A stretch of DNA of 64,000 nucleotides from Camelus dromedarius (Eukaryota), in the NCBI RefSeq assembly GCF_036321535.1, contig NC_087462.1, forward strand, positions 4,340,001 through 4,404,000, given 5' to 3'. A program made the position numbers and the translations under genes. The notes below the pieces were generated by a model. It did not search any database and had not been told where the DNA came from. It saw only the letters and a program-made list of their open reading frames with translations. Below are positions 44,751 to 58,754 of this stretch, one piece after another (the first letter of the stretch is position 1; every line of letters begins with the position of its first letter).

Positions 44751-46699
44751 TCCCAGTAACTGAACTTTGGAGTTGAGCTAGGACGTCGTGGGGGTGGTAA
44801 ACTTTCAGGTAGTTTCCTAGGTGAGGGGAAGGAGGAGAGGGGGCTTCCATCGTGTTGCCTGGAGACAAGCATGAGACAGGTGGTGGTCGGGGCTGGCGGT
44901 GGGATCTGGAACCAGAAAGAGGACGCTCAAGCCAAGTTTATTGACGGGGCTCATAACAACAACAGAGTCGAAAGCAGTAGCTGTAACTATCATTCATTAA
45001 GCTCTTACTGTATGCCAGGACTATTCTGCTTGCTTGACCTGCCTCCACACGTACCATTTTTACGTAAACCTTGCAGTGAGATGGGTACTATTTTCATCAC
45101 CTCCACTTTCTAGGGGCAGAATCTGAGGCACGGGGAAGCTAAGCCTTTCCCCCAAGTTAGCAGGCTTGTCAGTGGTCAAGGCGGGATTCAAGCCAGGAGG
45201 CCTGGAGAGCTATCCTGTCTTCCTGGCTTTCATCCTTGCAGTCCCACGATCTCTGATCCCTACAATTAATTCTAAACGGTGAAGTTTACTGTCACCTATT
45301 TTACGATGAGGAAATTGACTCACAGGGAGCCACGAATGCTTGGGGATGAAAATTTTGGTGCCTGTGGGATCGTAAATATGGGAATTTCCAGCCTGGGAAT
45401 TTCCCTCCTGTCAACGTGGAAGAGACTTCAAGTTCAGGAGTCTGACAGGTGTGTTTTCCTTGACCCACTCCGGCCTGGTTTTGGTAGAGTAGTGGGTATG
45501 ACCAGTGAAGGGGTCTAGCGCCCCCAAGTGGCTACAATAATTAAAGAAGAAAATCCAAGGCAGGGGTGCCTTCTGAGGTGGAGGGGGTAGGGAAGACTGT
45601 GGGTGGAAGTGGGGAGAGAGAGACCTCCTAGACCAGATGATTTCAGGTAATGATAAGGGCTACGAAGAGAGTAAACATTTGCTAAATTAAAATGACACGA
45701 TTGAAGTCTATAAGGAAAGAGATGATGGTGGCCAGGGACATGGGGATAAATGAATAGATTTGGGATAAGTGTCAGAGGTAGAGCCAATAGAGCTTTCAAC
45801 TAGTCATTCATTCACTCATTCATTCATTGATGCAACAAATATTTACGAAGCATGCATATGTGCCAGGTGCTGAGGGTGGAGTCCAACAAAAGAGACACAA
45901 ATTTCTAAATACACAATAAGGAAATCAGTATAATAAAATAGATTTGTCAGACAGTGATCAGGGCTAGATGTGGGGAAGTTGGGTAGGGTGTGATGGAGTA
46001 GGGGAAAAGGCTGTGATTTGAAATGGAAAGTTTTGGGAAGACTTCAGGAGAGCAAAGTCGCAGGAGGTGAGGGAGCTAGCCGAGCGAAGTCGCCTCAGGC
46101 GGAGGGAGATAATGTGCAAAGGCCCTGTGGCAGGATTCTAGGGCAGGATTCTGGGGTGACCTGGTGGGCTGGAGAAACACTGAGGGAACCCGTGTGGCCG
46201 GAGCAGAGTGAACGAGTGGGAGAGTGGAGGAGGTAAGGGCAGGGATGAGGGCATAACGTACAGAGCCTTGCGGGCTGCAGGGAGGACTTTGACCCCAGTG
46301 AGGGGGGCTTTGGAACAAGATGACTTAGGCGTTCACGAGTGCGCTCTGATGGGGGAGTCCAGACTGCGGGGGCTGAGAACAGGAGCGCGGGGACCGACAG
46401 CGGAAGGAGACCTACTAGGTCAGGCTAACAAGGATGCGGGGCGGACTAGGGTGGAGGCAGAGGAGGGAGGGGTGGGAAGAAGGCGGATTTTGGGTCTTTT
46501 TCGGAGGCGGTACTGCTCTGGGGTTGGATGTAGAGGAAGGCAGCAGGTCTCAGTCTGGTTACACTGACCTCACTCCTGGGTGCCCAGGTGTTCAGTTTTG
46601 GGGGAAAGAGAGGCGTGGTCCTGCTTGAAAGGGGCTGGGCGGGGCTGGGCTGCAGGTGCTCCCCCGCCCCCATCCGCCCCCACCCCACGGCTCCTCCTC

Positions 46700-46828
46700 C
46701 TCCACCCCCTCTCAGGGCGACAGTTACAGGCAAAGAAGAGGAAGTGGTAGCTAGCTAGCACAGGCGGACGGGCGGGCGGGCGGAGGAGGCGGCGAGGGTG
46801 CGCGGCCCGGCCCGGGAAGGCAGCGGCC
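46700..46828 (+). promoter_or_regulatory. VAV1: VAV1 promoter: Myb-like CAGTTA and PU.1/ETS GAGGAAGT sites
   Basis: CAGTTACAGGCAAAGAAGAGGAAGTGG at 46721-46747, immediately upstream of the GC-rich 5'UTR. This fits the known ETS/Myb control of haematopoietic VAV1. Confidence 0.7.
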
Positions 46829-47032
46829 ATGGAGCTGTGGCGCCAGTGCACCCACTGGCTGATCCGGTGCCGGGTCCTGCCGCCCAGCCACCGCGTGACC
46901 TGGGATGGGGCCCAGGTGTGCGAGCTGGCTCAAGCCCTCCGGGATGGCGTCCTGCTCTGCCAGCTGCTCAACAACCTCCTTCCCCACGCCATCAACCTGC
47001 GAGAAGTCAACCTGCGTCCCCAGATGTCCCAG
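46829..47032 (+). CDS. VAV1: Proto-oncogene Vav1, exon 1 (N-terminal CH domain); intron 1 runs past the window end
   Basis: [68 protein letters not shown] (204 nt), followed by GTGAG. I found no exon 2 in 47-64 kb. Confidence 0.97.
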
Positions 47033-50000
47033 GTGAGCCCGCCACAGGCTGGCCGGCCCGAGGGTGGGAGGGGAGAGGCAGACCCCCCCGCCGCCACTCC
47101 AAGGTTGGCACCTGGGGGCTGATGCACCGGCGCCTCCAGGCCGGCAGCGTAGAGCGGAATCTGCTCCTGACTCTGGGTCTGACACCAGGTACCGGGAAGC
47201 GGCGGCGGTGACACTCAGCGATTCTGGGGTGGCCCACCCGAGGTTAACGGCAACGGGCCAATAGGCTCCCCGTTAGCCACGCTTAGGCTGAGAACGGCAG
47301 ACTTGAGGCTGACGCTCCCAAACCCCAGGCTGACTCCTCTGGAGACCGAGCCCCCAGACGGGGCTGTGGGGGTTCCTGAGGGGCGCTGGTAACCCCTTGG
47401 GTGGCTGGTAGGATACCTGAGGCTTTTGACTCCTTTGACATCTCCCCCCTCCTCCAAGATTCTGGCCCTGGGGGAGGGGCCTCCTCCGACTCCTTCCCCC
47501 ACATGCATCTCCTCCTCCCGGGGCCTGGGCCCCTTCCTTCCCCTCACATCTTCCCCTTGGCTTCCTGCCTGGGCCTGGGGCAGCATGGGGCGACTGCGGG
47601 GCGGGCTGTGGGCTCCGGGCTCCGGGCTCTGTAGCTCCATCCATCCCAGGGGCCGTCTCGAGGCAGGACATGACCCTGAGCCTCAAGAGAGGGTCTTGGG
47701 ATTTTGGATCCTAAAAATAGCTGCTTTTTCTCTGTAGGGATTTCTGCAAGGGCCTGAGGTTCCAGGGGGAGGTGGATTTGACTGCCGCCGCCCCCAGCTC
47801 AGGAAATATATTCAAATTCCTATTTGAATGCGGTTGGGTGGGGGTGGTAAACTGACTGGGTCTCTCCGGGTAGCACCTTCTCTGGTTCCCTATGGCCTCC
47901 GGAGTTCTGGGTGGAAGCGATGTCTGCTGATGGCTGGCAGTTAGGGGCGCCTCGCCTGCCCTGGAGGTCCGAAGGCACACTGGCCATCTAGCCCACAGGC
48001 TCTACCCCTGGACGAAAGCCTTGTCTGGAAGAGCCGCGGGCTAGTGGGGCATTGCCTTCTCCCTGGTCTGAGGTGCCACGTGCGAATGGGGGGAGGGGAA
48101 GTAGCTGCTCAGGGAGGGGTCCCTGAGGGTGTCTCTTGGGGACAGGGCCATGCATAAGAGAGGTGCGTGGCCCATCCTCCCCTAGCTCAGGCAGGCTTCC
48201 TGAGAGAATGAGGGAACCCCAGAGGCCCCCTCCCCCCATGGCCAGCTGCTCTGGCCACAGGCCATCCCAAATTCGCCTACATTTTTTTTTGCCTTCTTCT
48301 GGCTTCCAGCTTATAAGGAAGTAGCCATCAGACCCTTCAGGTGTCAGACCTGCAAGCAGTCAAGATTCTGTGAGGCTTCAATAGCAGCTAATGGGAAGGT
48401 GGATAGACTTAAGGATGAACTTCCATCCCTGCTGGCATCTTCCCTACAGCTGGCTCTCTGATGAAGCGCAAGGGGACCTGGCATTAATCTCTAGGAGGAC
48501 TGCTGCAGGGATTAATGTGTCTTGATTTTCTGTGCTGGGCAATGCTGAGGACCCTGGCCTGCGTCTGACGCTCAAGATGCTCCCAGACTCGAGGAGACAG
48601 ATATCCCCCAGCCCCGTGTTGTCAGGCCTGGGGCAGAGGGAGAAACCCCTGGGCGGGGGCCTGGAGCAAAGGCAAGACCTTGCCTGGGGGAGTCAGGCTT
48701 TATGACAGAGGGGACATTTATGCTGGGTTTTGATGAGTGAGTAGGAGTTTTCTTGTTGCTCTGGCTTCCGGCACCTAGCTGTATCAGGTCCCACACTAGG
48801 CAGGGGTGATCTTCCTCATCTGGGAGCTCTGGATCTTTTGCCCTGTGCATTTTGTCTCCCTTCAAAGCTCAGCCCTGTGCCCCTTCACAGTGGGGCCGTG
48901 TGTGGAAAGCTAAAAGGCGGTCACATTGAGCCAGAGGGAGGGTCCACAAGAACAGCTTCTATAGGTTTGAAAGTCCCTATTTGTAAATAGATTTAAGCCT
49001 GGACCATGAACCGCTGGGGATGTGGAAGGGTGGGGAAAGAGAAGGGAGGGTGCTCCCATTGGGGGAATGGCATAAATAAGGGTGTGGAGGCTGGACTTGG
49101 GGTGCTTCCCAGTTTCTCTCATTTCCTCTTCGGAGTTGCTCTGCTTTTGCTCAGTTATTTCCTGGGTTGAGGGTGGGAAGAGAATGTTCATTCATTCATT
49201 CATTCATTCATTCATTCATCAACAGTTACAATGTATACCCGGCCTCTTCTTGGCGCCAAAACAGCGAGAACAAGACACATACAAACCCCTGTGTTAAGGA
49301 GGCTGCATTCTAGTGGGAGACACGGACAGTGGGCAAATAAGGAAACATAAATTGTCAGAGATGGTACGTGTTCTGGAGAAAGGGGCTTGGGAGTACGAGG
49401 TTGCACTCTTGCACCAGAGGCCTGGTGACATTTGAGCGGAGACTCCGGCAAACTGAGGGAATGAACCATGTGAATCTGAGGAAACTGCACTCCTGGCAAG
49501 GGCACTGCCAGTGCCAAGGCCCTGGGAGGAGAACTGGTCAGTTCCCACGTAGTCTGCACCGTGCTGCAGGGGCCTGGCTGGCGGCAATGGGTCATGGGCG
49601 AGGTTAGATTGCAGTGAATCTCCAAGCTGGTCAGGCCCTCTGAGATCTGAGACCCAGAGAGACGATGGTATCACCAGAGGTGGCCGCGGTGATGACCAGA
49701 CACCATCACTCTCTCCTCCACTCTCTCTGGGAGCCCAAATTCTGAGTTGCAGAGATGAAACTTGAAGGCCAAGGGAGTGGAGAGGAAGAAACGAATGTGA
49801 CAGTCATTGTGGGAAAGATCACCAGGACGGGCGAGCCGATTAGACTTGGGTTGGGAGCGGTCACTGGGGCCAAGAGGATGTCAGGGTCCCCAGCCCATAA
49901 AGGCTGGTGCCACTGGCAGAGGTGGGGAAGGGAGAGGGTGGGAGAGTCAGAACAGGATGGGCCATGGCTTGGAGGAGCCAGACCTGGGTTCAAATCCTGG

Positions 50001-50219
50001 CAGCTCCACTTCCTGGCTTCACCTCTCTGAGCCTGTTTCCCCATCAGTGAAGGGTGGATAAAAATGGCATCTCTCTGGGGAGGACCATTGTAATATTTCA
50101 GTACTGCTCAGTGCAGTGTTGACACCCGATAAACCCTTGCTGAAAAGTCTTTTTAGGAAAGATGTGGGATTGTGCGAGGTTTGGCAGCTCAGCACAGCCT
50201 GTAGGATTTGGGTTTAGGA

Positions 50220-50418
50220 CAGTGGTTCTCAGCTGGGGTGGTTTTGCTCCCCAGGGGACATTTGGCGATGTCTGGAGATAGTCTGTGTTGTCACATCTGG
50301 GAGCTGCTACTGGCATCTAGCGGATAGAGGCCAGGGATGCTGTTCAATATCCTACAATTTCACACACAACCGAGAATTAGCCTGCCCAATGTCAACAGGG
50401 CTGAGGTTGAAGAGCCCC
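50220..50418 (+). mobile_element. MER20
   Basis: CAGTGGTTCTCAGCTGGGG...CCCCAGGGGACATTTGGCGATGTCTGGAG...GGCCAGGGATGCTG. Confidence 0.8.
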
Positions 50419-50856
50419 ATGCTAGGGCACAGACAGCCTGGTAGAAGCTTTAAAATATTTAACTCTTTGGTTAAATGATACACGTGGATCATTCAAAAAT
50501 TAAAACATAAAAAAGTGCACAGGGTAAAATGTAACTTTTAGCCCTCACCCTCAGATACCCCGTCTTACCCTCCGCCGTAGTAACTACCCATTTTTTTTTT
50601 AAGTTGACTGTATATCTTTATGCAAATAGGAATTTAGGTTCTTGCTAACTACACTCTGCCCTTACCAGGAAAGACGGCACGTACCACCCACTGCTTTATA
50701 CCCTCACTTTAATAACTGTCTTGGGCATCTTTTGAAATCAATACATAGAGATTGCTTGCATTCTTTGGAAAAAAATGACTGCATGATATTTCAGATTGTC
50801 CATTGATTTAACAAACTATTTACATTGTGCCCACTGGGTGCGAGGCATTCGTCTAA

Positions 50857-51070
50857 ACTGGGGGCTGGCAACCTACAGCGGGAGGGCCGAATCTGGACCA
50901 TAGCACATTTTATAAATAAAGTTTTATTGGCACACAGCCACACCCATTCATTTATGCTTTGTCTCTGGCTGATTTCCCATGACAACAGTACAGCTAATTG
51001 CCGCGGGGAGTGTTTGGCTGGTGAAGCTGAAGATGCTTACTATCCAGACCTTTGTAGGAAAAGTTCCCCC
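50857..51070 (+). mobile_element. MER58A-like hAT element (a second, more degraded copy lies near 53985-54170)
   Basis: TTTTATAAATAAAGTTTTATTGGCACACAGCCACACCCATTCATTTA. Confidence 0.65.
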
Positions 51071-51271
51071 CACCCCCGGTCCAAAGGCTTTCCACAGACT
51101 AACTCGTGCCGTCCTCAGAACAGCCTACGATGTAGGTAGTACCATCAGCGCCGTATTGCACATGGGGAAACTGAGACGCAGGGAAGTTAAGTCACTTGCC
51201 CCAGGGCACCTAACTTGAAAGTGACGGAGTTGAATTTGAACCAGGCAGCTTGGTCCCAGGATCTCTATTCC

Positions 51272-51615
51272 TTTTTTTTTTTTTTTTTTTTTTTTTAATG
51301 GTTTACACTTTGCACTTCTTATTTATTCACTTTACTTAGAGGGGAAGTAATTAGGCTTATTTATTTATTTATTTTTAGAAGAGATACTGGGGATGGAACC
51401 CAGGACCTTGTGTATGCTAAGCATGCGATCTACTGCTTAAGCTACACCCTCCCCTCTTATTCTTGTTATTTATTTATTTATTTTTGTGTGGGTGGGGGGC
51501 AATTAGGTTTGTTTGTTTGTTTGTTTATTTCTTTATTTGATCGGGGCACTGGGGGTTGGACCCAGGACCTGGTGCATGCTGAGCATGACCCTACCACTGA
51601 GCTCTGCCCTCACTC
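51272..51615 (-). mobile_element. Head-to-tail pair of Vic-1-like SINEs with a long poly(A) tail
   Basis: Heads end near 51455 and 51615. A poly-T tract on the plus strand starts at 51272. Confidence 0.8.
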
Positions 51616-52689
51616 CACTCCAGGATCCCTGCTCTTAACAGCTGCTCTGAGCTCTATTCCATCACATGGCTGGGCAAACACTTATTTTACCATTACCCCC
51701 ACTGATGGGCACTTAGTCTGCGCCAGGCTTTTGTTCTGACAAACTTACTGCAATCAATAACCTTGTCCGTGAACCTTTTTGCAGCTCCTTCACTGTGTGA
51801 CCTTGGCCATGTTCCTTAACCTCTCTGTGCTTCTGTTTCTTCACCTGTAAAATGGAGATAATAAATCTCCATCTGAAATGAAAGCATTGTGGTGAAGGAT
51901 AAATGAGTTACTATCAAGAACCTAGGAAAGTGCCTAGCTACATGTAAGTGTTATCACTGTGGCCGTACACATGAGCAAGGATACCCATGCGATAAATTCT
52001 CTGAAGGGTTTGCTGGCTCAAAGCGGGTGAGTCTGTGTTTTTGGTAAGTCTTGCCAAATTGTTCTCTGTATGGGATTGTTCCCAGATGACTTGTTCCAAT
52101 TACACTACCATTAGCAATGTCTGAGAGTGCTTTTTTCACTCCATTGCCTCGCCGGCAGACAGTTCTGTTGTTAAGCTTTTGGATTTATGCCAAATTGATG
52201 GGTGATAAAAAGAGCTCATTATGGCTCAGTTTATATTTCTTTTATTCTGAGTGAGGTGGAGCCTCTTTTCTTATGTTGAAGAGCTATTTATATTTTCCCC
52301 CTGCAAAATAATAATTGTTCATATCCTTTGCCCATTATTTTTTTCCTTCTGGCACTGTGGGCCTTTTTTTTCTTATTGATTTTTAGGAACTCTTTATATA
52401 TTAGACTGCTTTGAGTTTCAAGTCAGGTACTTACTAGCACTGTGATCTTGGAAAGGAAAAAAATTACTTAACCCATCTGAGCCCTGGTTATCTTATCTCT
52501 AAAATGTAGATATCACAGCACCTTTATCTTGGGGTTGTATGAGGGTTCAACGTGATAAGCTGAGTTAAATTCCTATCATGGTGATTGGCAGATTGAGGTA
52601 TGATTGATGTACAACAAAAGCTAAATTAATGGGAGTCATTCTTTTTGTTCATTTGATTTCAGTGGTTCTGAGCTGCCTGTAGGGTGTGG

Positions 52690-53090
52690 TATAGGTCAGG
52701 ATGCGTCATGTTAGCTGCTGTAACAAACTGCATTGCTTCAGTGACTTTCAAGAGTTTGCTCCTTGCTTATATCACATCCAGTTTGGGTCAGCTGAGGGAT
52801 TAAGGGGGAAGCCCTCCTTACAAAGTCCCCACAGGACCTGGGCTCATTCCATCCCATAGCACCACCCTCCCTGACGTCCTTGGAGTCCTGTATTCAGCCA
52901 GAGGGCGAGGAGGGAGTTGTGAGGGGTGAAACCCTGGGAGGTTTTCATGGCCCAGGCCCAGACATGGCATTATCACCTCTGTTCTGTTGCCCAAAACTCC
53001 ATCACATGGTTCCATCCAACTGCAAGACAGGCTGGGAATGTAGTTTAGCTGGGCGCCAGAGAGGACAAGGAAATGGGTTGGGTGGATATA
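52690..53090. mobile_element. Old MLT1 (K/L-like) LTR
   Basis: GCTGCTGTAACAAA...CACATGGTTCCATCCAACTGCAAG...GGCTGGGAATGTAGT. Confidence 0.55.
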
Positions 53091-55394
53091 GAGAAGGCAG
53101 GGCCAAAGGACCCCAGGATAATGCCTCGCTGGCTTCAGAGAAGCAGGTCTGGAGGGAGCTGGCTTGGAGGAAACTTCAGGGGGATGAGGAATGAGGAGGA
53201 CCTGGACCAAAGCCATGGGGGCAGGATTCAGCTGGGGGCAGGGGGACCTGGGTATAAGCAGAGCTCAGCCAAGTGGGTTGAATTGGGTTGGGTTGGGTGG
53301 AAGACTTAATCTCAACATATCCACTAGGGCTGATGGGGACGGAAGCCCAGAGGGTCAACATTTGGCACTGTGTCTTCTTTTCCATGACTTTCTGTTCTGT
53401 TCACTGTCACAGAGGATGCTGGAAACCCATGTCCCTCACCTTGCGCCCGGCTGTCCCAGGCTACCCTTGGAGCAAAAGACCAAAATCTTCATCATGACCC
53501 AGAAGAGCCTATGTATCTGGCCTCTGCTCACCCCTCGGCCCTCATCTCCTCCCTCTCTCCCCCTCCCTCACGCAACTCCAGCCACATGGGCCTCCTCACT
53601 GTTCCTAAACCCACCAGGTGCAATCCAACCCCAGGGCCTTTGCCTGTGATGTTCTTTCTTCGCAGATCCCTCTTCCCCGCCTATCTACACTTTGGCTATT
53701 CTCTTATCTTCTTCAGACTTCCTATCAGAGAGATTTCCCCTGGTTTCCATATGTAAAATCGCACCTCCCGCCCCCACTCCGCACACGCACACCTTCCGTT
53801 CTCCGCCTTGTTTCACAGTTTTTACTTAGTTACTAATTGTCTCCTCCCTCAACTGGAATATTAGGGCAATGCTTTTTGTCTATTTGGTTCACAACTGTGT
53901 CCTTGGTGCCTAGAACAGCACCCGTCACACAGTAGGGGCTCAGTAAATATTCAAATAGTCACTTCACTCATGCAGTCATTTAATAAGGGGTCAGCACACT
54001 AGAACTGGGGGCTGACTGCCTCTTTTTGTAAACAAATGTAACTGGCACATGGGCTTGCTGACACGCTGCCCACGGCTGCTTTCTCTCCGTGAGCAGTCAC
54101 GACAGAGACCCCGTGACCTGCGAAGTCAAAGAAACGTACTGTCTGCCTCCTTACAGCGCTTGCTGGCTCATCTCTGATTCAGTCCGTATTTGCCGAGCGC
54201 TCTTTCGTTATGGGCAGGTGGTAGCTGGTGAGCCGAGGTCGAGGTGGAGTGCCTGAGATCACCTGTCTCTACCTGTTCCTAGTCATGTGACTTCGAGCAA
54301 GGCTTCTCCCCTTTGGTTTTCTCATCGGTAAAATGGGGCAAATGATGGTCATAATAGCAACAGTAACAATAATGATGATTCTACCACCACCTCGCAGACA
54401 TTTCTTTGTGCTAGTTCCACGCACTTGGTGATGGAGAACCCGCAGTGAATGAGCCAGAGACCTTCCTGCAGCTCATGGAAATAGATGAGGAAATGGGCAG
54501 TTACAGCTCAGAGTAACACATGTGTCTCCTTTGTTAACACTAATGGTGCCAGGAAGTGGGCAGGATCGGAGGGTGTGTTGGGTGGGCATTGTTGGGCTTC
54601 TGAAGATCTCACCACATTGCAGAGATGGGCCACGCCTCTTTGATTTCAGGGATGATGTTCTGAGGCCTGGGCTTTAAGAGGAGCATGGGAGTCAGGTCCC
54701 TTGGGGAACAGTGGAAGAAATAAAGGATGTTCAGTTGGAGAAGTTTAAGATTTGAGGAAATTCTGAGCTTAGTCTGCAGAAGTTTCAAGCAAGAATCTTA
54801 GATCTTGTGACAGAAACCCAACCGAAACCAGCTTGGTCAGAAATAGTATTTATTACCGCACAAAGCTGAAAGATGTAGGAGAAAATGCCTTCAGGTCCAG
54901 CTGTATCCAGGAGTTCAGACAATATCTCAGAGGCCCTCCCCTCCTATCCCTGCCTTCTATCTCTTAACTCTGCTTTCGTTGGAATGTTTTCCTCCATTCT
55001 CAGTCATTCTTTACCGTCATGGAGGCAGACAAGAGGTCCTAGATGCTCCCAATTTTTGTTCCCACAATTCTGTGTCCAGTGGGAAATGGGAGGGTTAATT
55101 ACATGGCCTCTAAATTTAAAATCTGTCTTTTATTGGACGTGAGTTTTTTTAGTGGGGAGGTGGGGAAGCATAGCTAATCCTGAACCAACTGCTGTGGCGG
55201 GGAGGATACTTGGCCTCCCAGGCCAGGTCTCGTGCCATTTCTGGAGTTGGGGGTGGAGTCGCCTCTACCCAAAGGAACCAGACTGGGGGGAGGTGCTGTT
55301 TCAGGGGAAACTGAGGGACTGCTACTGGAAGAAGAGGAATAGATTCAGGAGGCAATCATTGTCCTATGGGCATTAAGTACTAAGTTTAGTCCTG

Positions 55395-55610
55395 AGTTTC
55401 TCAGCATCAGCACTGCTGAAATGTGAGGTTTCATTCTCTGTCCTGAGGGCTTTCCTGTGCCTTGTAGGATGTTGGGCAGCAGCCCTGGCCTCTACCTACT
55501 CGATACCAGCAGCATCCCTCCCCCCGGAACAGTGACAATGAAATGTCCCCAGCCACTGCCACATGTCCCCTGGAGGGCAGAAGTGCCCTGGGTGAGAGAA
55601 CCGCTGTTCT
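55395..55610 (-). mobile_element. MER20
   Basis: GTAGGATGTTGGGCAGCAGCCCTGGCCTCTACC...ATGTCCCCTGGAGGG...GAGAACCGCTG. Confidence 0.75.
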
Positions 55611-55833
55611 GAAGGGAGTGAGCCTCCTATCTCCGGGGGATGGGGAGGAACCTAAAGAGAAATGAACAATTTCCGGCTGGGATGAAGAAATTAAGAGCAT
55701 CTTCAAGTCAGACTATTCCTTTATTTTGTTATCAGCAATGGGCGCTGTGCTGAGGCTGGGGTTATGGGGAGGAACATCGCAGATATGGGTTCTGCTCTCC
55801 TGGGCACATGGCCTCGTGGGAGGGAAGGCTGCC

Positions 55834-56248
55834 TGTGTTCTGTTTCCTGTGGCTGCTGTCACACAGTCTCAAAAACTGGTGGCTTGCAACAACGGATATA
55901 TTGTTTCACAGTTCTGGAGTCAGGGTTGAAACCGAGGTGTTGGCAGTGTCTTTCTCCATCTCCAGGCTGCAGGGGAGAATCTGTCCTGGCCTCTGCCAGC
56001 TTCTGCTGGCTCCATGCATTCCTTGGCTTGAGCCTGCCTCACTCCTGCCTCGGCCTCCATCGTCACTTGGCTGTGTCCTCTGTGTCTGTCTCTGTGTGTG
56101 TGTCTCACAGTCCAGAATGATCTCCTTATCTTGACATCTTTAGTGATGTCTTTCAAAGTCCTTTTTCCCCCCAAATAATGTCATATTCACTGGTGCCAGA
56201 GATCTGATGCGGACATATCTTTTCAGGGACTGCCATTCAACCTGCTAC
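55834..56248 (-). mobile_element. MLT1 (C/D-like) solo LTR
   Basis: CACAGTTCTGGAGTCAGG...GAGGTGTTGGCAG...GCAGGGGAGAATCTGTCCTGGCCTC...ATTCAACCTGCTACA. Confidence 0.7.
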
Positions 56249-56960
56249 AGACAGGAAACAGGCAAAGCAGTAAAACATTGTAGGAAATGCTGCAGACAGA
56301 ATAAACCAAGGGTCAGGATGGAGAAGAACAAATGGGACAGGCTTCTGCAGGGTGTTCAAGGAAAGCTGAGAGCTGAAAGATGAGGAACCAGCTCTGGGAA
56401 GCATGGGGCAGGGAGAGCAAAGGCTGTGCAAAGGCCCTGTGGCAGCAGGATGGGACTGAAGCATCCACTGGTCAGTGGTGAGGGAGTGAAGGGAGAGTGG
56501 AGGGAAATGAGGCTTGAGAGGAAGGTACTTCCTTAGCGTGGCTGTGGGTATGTGTGTGGAACTTAAATGGGATGGGGAGTCCTTGGAAGGTTTTAAGCTG
56601 CTCCGTGGGGACCAGACTCTAAGGGCAATAGAGGTGGCAGCAAGGGGACCTGGGAAGAGGAGGCTGATGAAGGTGTCCCAGGGAAGAGTGATGGTGGCTC
56701 AGACTAGGGGCTGAGGGCAATAGATCCAGCTCACATTCTGCTGGTTGGGCTGATCAGCCTTGCTGACAGATTGGATGAGGGGGAGGGCTGGGAGTGAATG
56801 AAAGGAGGCCAGACAATGTCTAAGTATTTAGCTTAAGGACCTGCGTGAGGGGGGCTATCATTTGCTGAGGTGGGAAGGCTGGGGGAGGAACAGGTTTTGG
56901 GGGGTTCCGATTGGCCATGTGATATTAGAGATGGAAGAAAGCCCAGCATGGTGGTCAGCA

Positions 56961-57162
56961 CAGCGGTTCTTAACTGGGGGTGGGGGGAGCAGCTCTGTTC
57001 TCCCAGGGGACATTTGGCAATACCTGGAGACGTTTGTCATTGTCACAACTGCAGGGGGTGGTGTGCTCCTGGCATCAAGTGCATAGAGCCCAGGGCTGCT
57101 GCTGAGTGTCCTCTCATGCCCAGGATAGCTGCCCAACTATCAGTAGTGCTGAGGCTGAGAAA
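56961..57162 (+). mobile_element. MER20
   Basis: CAGCGGTTCTTAACTGGGG...CCCAGGGGACATTTGGCAATACCTGGAGAC...GCTGAGGCTGAGAAA. Confidence 0.75.
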
Positions 57163-58754
57163 GGGAACTACATTTCCCAAGTGCCCTTGCAACCTGGCCT
57201 CCAGGTAGTTTCAGCCAATGGGAGGCGCAAGAAGCAGACCAGCCGCTGGAGGAAGAGAGAAGCCAGGGTATTTCTCCCTCTCTTGCTCTGCCTCTCCAGT
57301 GGCAGATACACCTCCTCGGTGGTCTCGGCTCCCTGAAAACAGCTCTTGCCCAAAGTTCCCCCTGTTTGAGGACCGTGGACTCCAGTTGCCTGGGGGTCTG
57401 GGGGCCAGTCATGACCGTGGGATCTTGGATGAGTTGCTAAACCTATCCGTGACTCAATTTCCCCTCTTTCAAATGGAGATAAGGATAGTGCCTACCTTAT
57501 AGGGCTGTGACAGAATTAAATGAGTTAACAGCCATAACGTTGCGAAGTGCTGCGGACAGTAGCTGTGAGTGATGGGTAAATACCTCCGTGGGCGTGGATG
57601 AAATCATTCTGGGAGGGAAGAGAGAAGAAAAGGAGTCTGAGGGTTGGGCCCTAGGGTGCAACAGCTTAGAGAGATTAAGGAGAGGAAAAAGAAACAGCAA
57701 AGATTTCAGAAGGAAATCCAGTGACCTGGGAGGAAAGCCAGAAGGGCGTAATGCCAAGAGGCCCAAAGAGGAAAGTGCATCCACATCCAGGTCTTGATAC
57801 TTTGAAAAGAGCAGTGTTAGTGACACAGGTGGGAATTGATTCAGAGAGCATAATGAATAACAACAGAAAGAGGGCCCATTTATTGAGCACTTCCTACCTG
57901 CAAGAGCTGTTCTAAATACTTACTTATGAACTCATTTGATTTTCTCAGCAAATCCATGGAGTAGGTACCTTCGTGTTTTGGTGATCTGTTAACCGTGAAG
58001 CAAACCGGCCCCGACTCAGCGATGCAAGATGACCACTGCGTTGTCCTCCTCACAGGTTCTGTGAGTTTGGAATTCAGGCAGGCCACGGTGATGACGGTTT
58101 GCCAGCTCCGTGATGAGAAACCTGGAATGTCTGGGGGCTGGAATCACCTGGAGGATTCTTTACTCGCCTGTGGGGTGCCTGGACTGGGATGATTTGAGGC
58201 TACTGCCTGGAGCACCAGCCGGGAACCTCTCCATGTGGCTTGGGCTCCCTCCCAACATGGTTACTGGCTTTTGGAGAAGGAGTGTGGAGAGAGAGAAAGA
58301 GAGAGCAAGTGTTTCTCAAGAGACCAAAGCAGAAGATGGAGGGTTTTTTCTGACCTACTTAGAAATCATACGGTGCCACCTGACTGCATTCTCAGGGACA
58401 AGCAAGTCCCTAAGACCAGCCTAGATTCAAGGGGAGGGGAATCAAACTCAAGGGGTGTAACAAGTCACACTGCAGAAGGGCATCCTGAATAGATAATATT
58501 TTTATAGCCATCTTTGGAAAGCCCAACCTATTACCTGATATTATCCTAATTTCACAGATGAGGAAAAAGAAACATGGAAAGTTTAGTAACCCAGTGAATA
58601 ATGCCTAGTTGAATAAGGAGCTATCCTGGGATTTGAACCCAAGTGGCCAGTCCACAAAACCTATAGGGATATTGCCTCTTTGGGGTAGGCAGGGCATATG
58701 AGCTTTTCAAGTGGTTATGAAGATAGTCTTGGATTTAAATTTTTGGTTCCCCTG

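Noticed and set aside
46865-46867. VAV1 Arg13 where I recall Gln in human
   Set aside because: This position differs among VAV paralogues, so it is probably tolerant.
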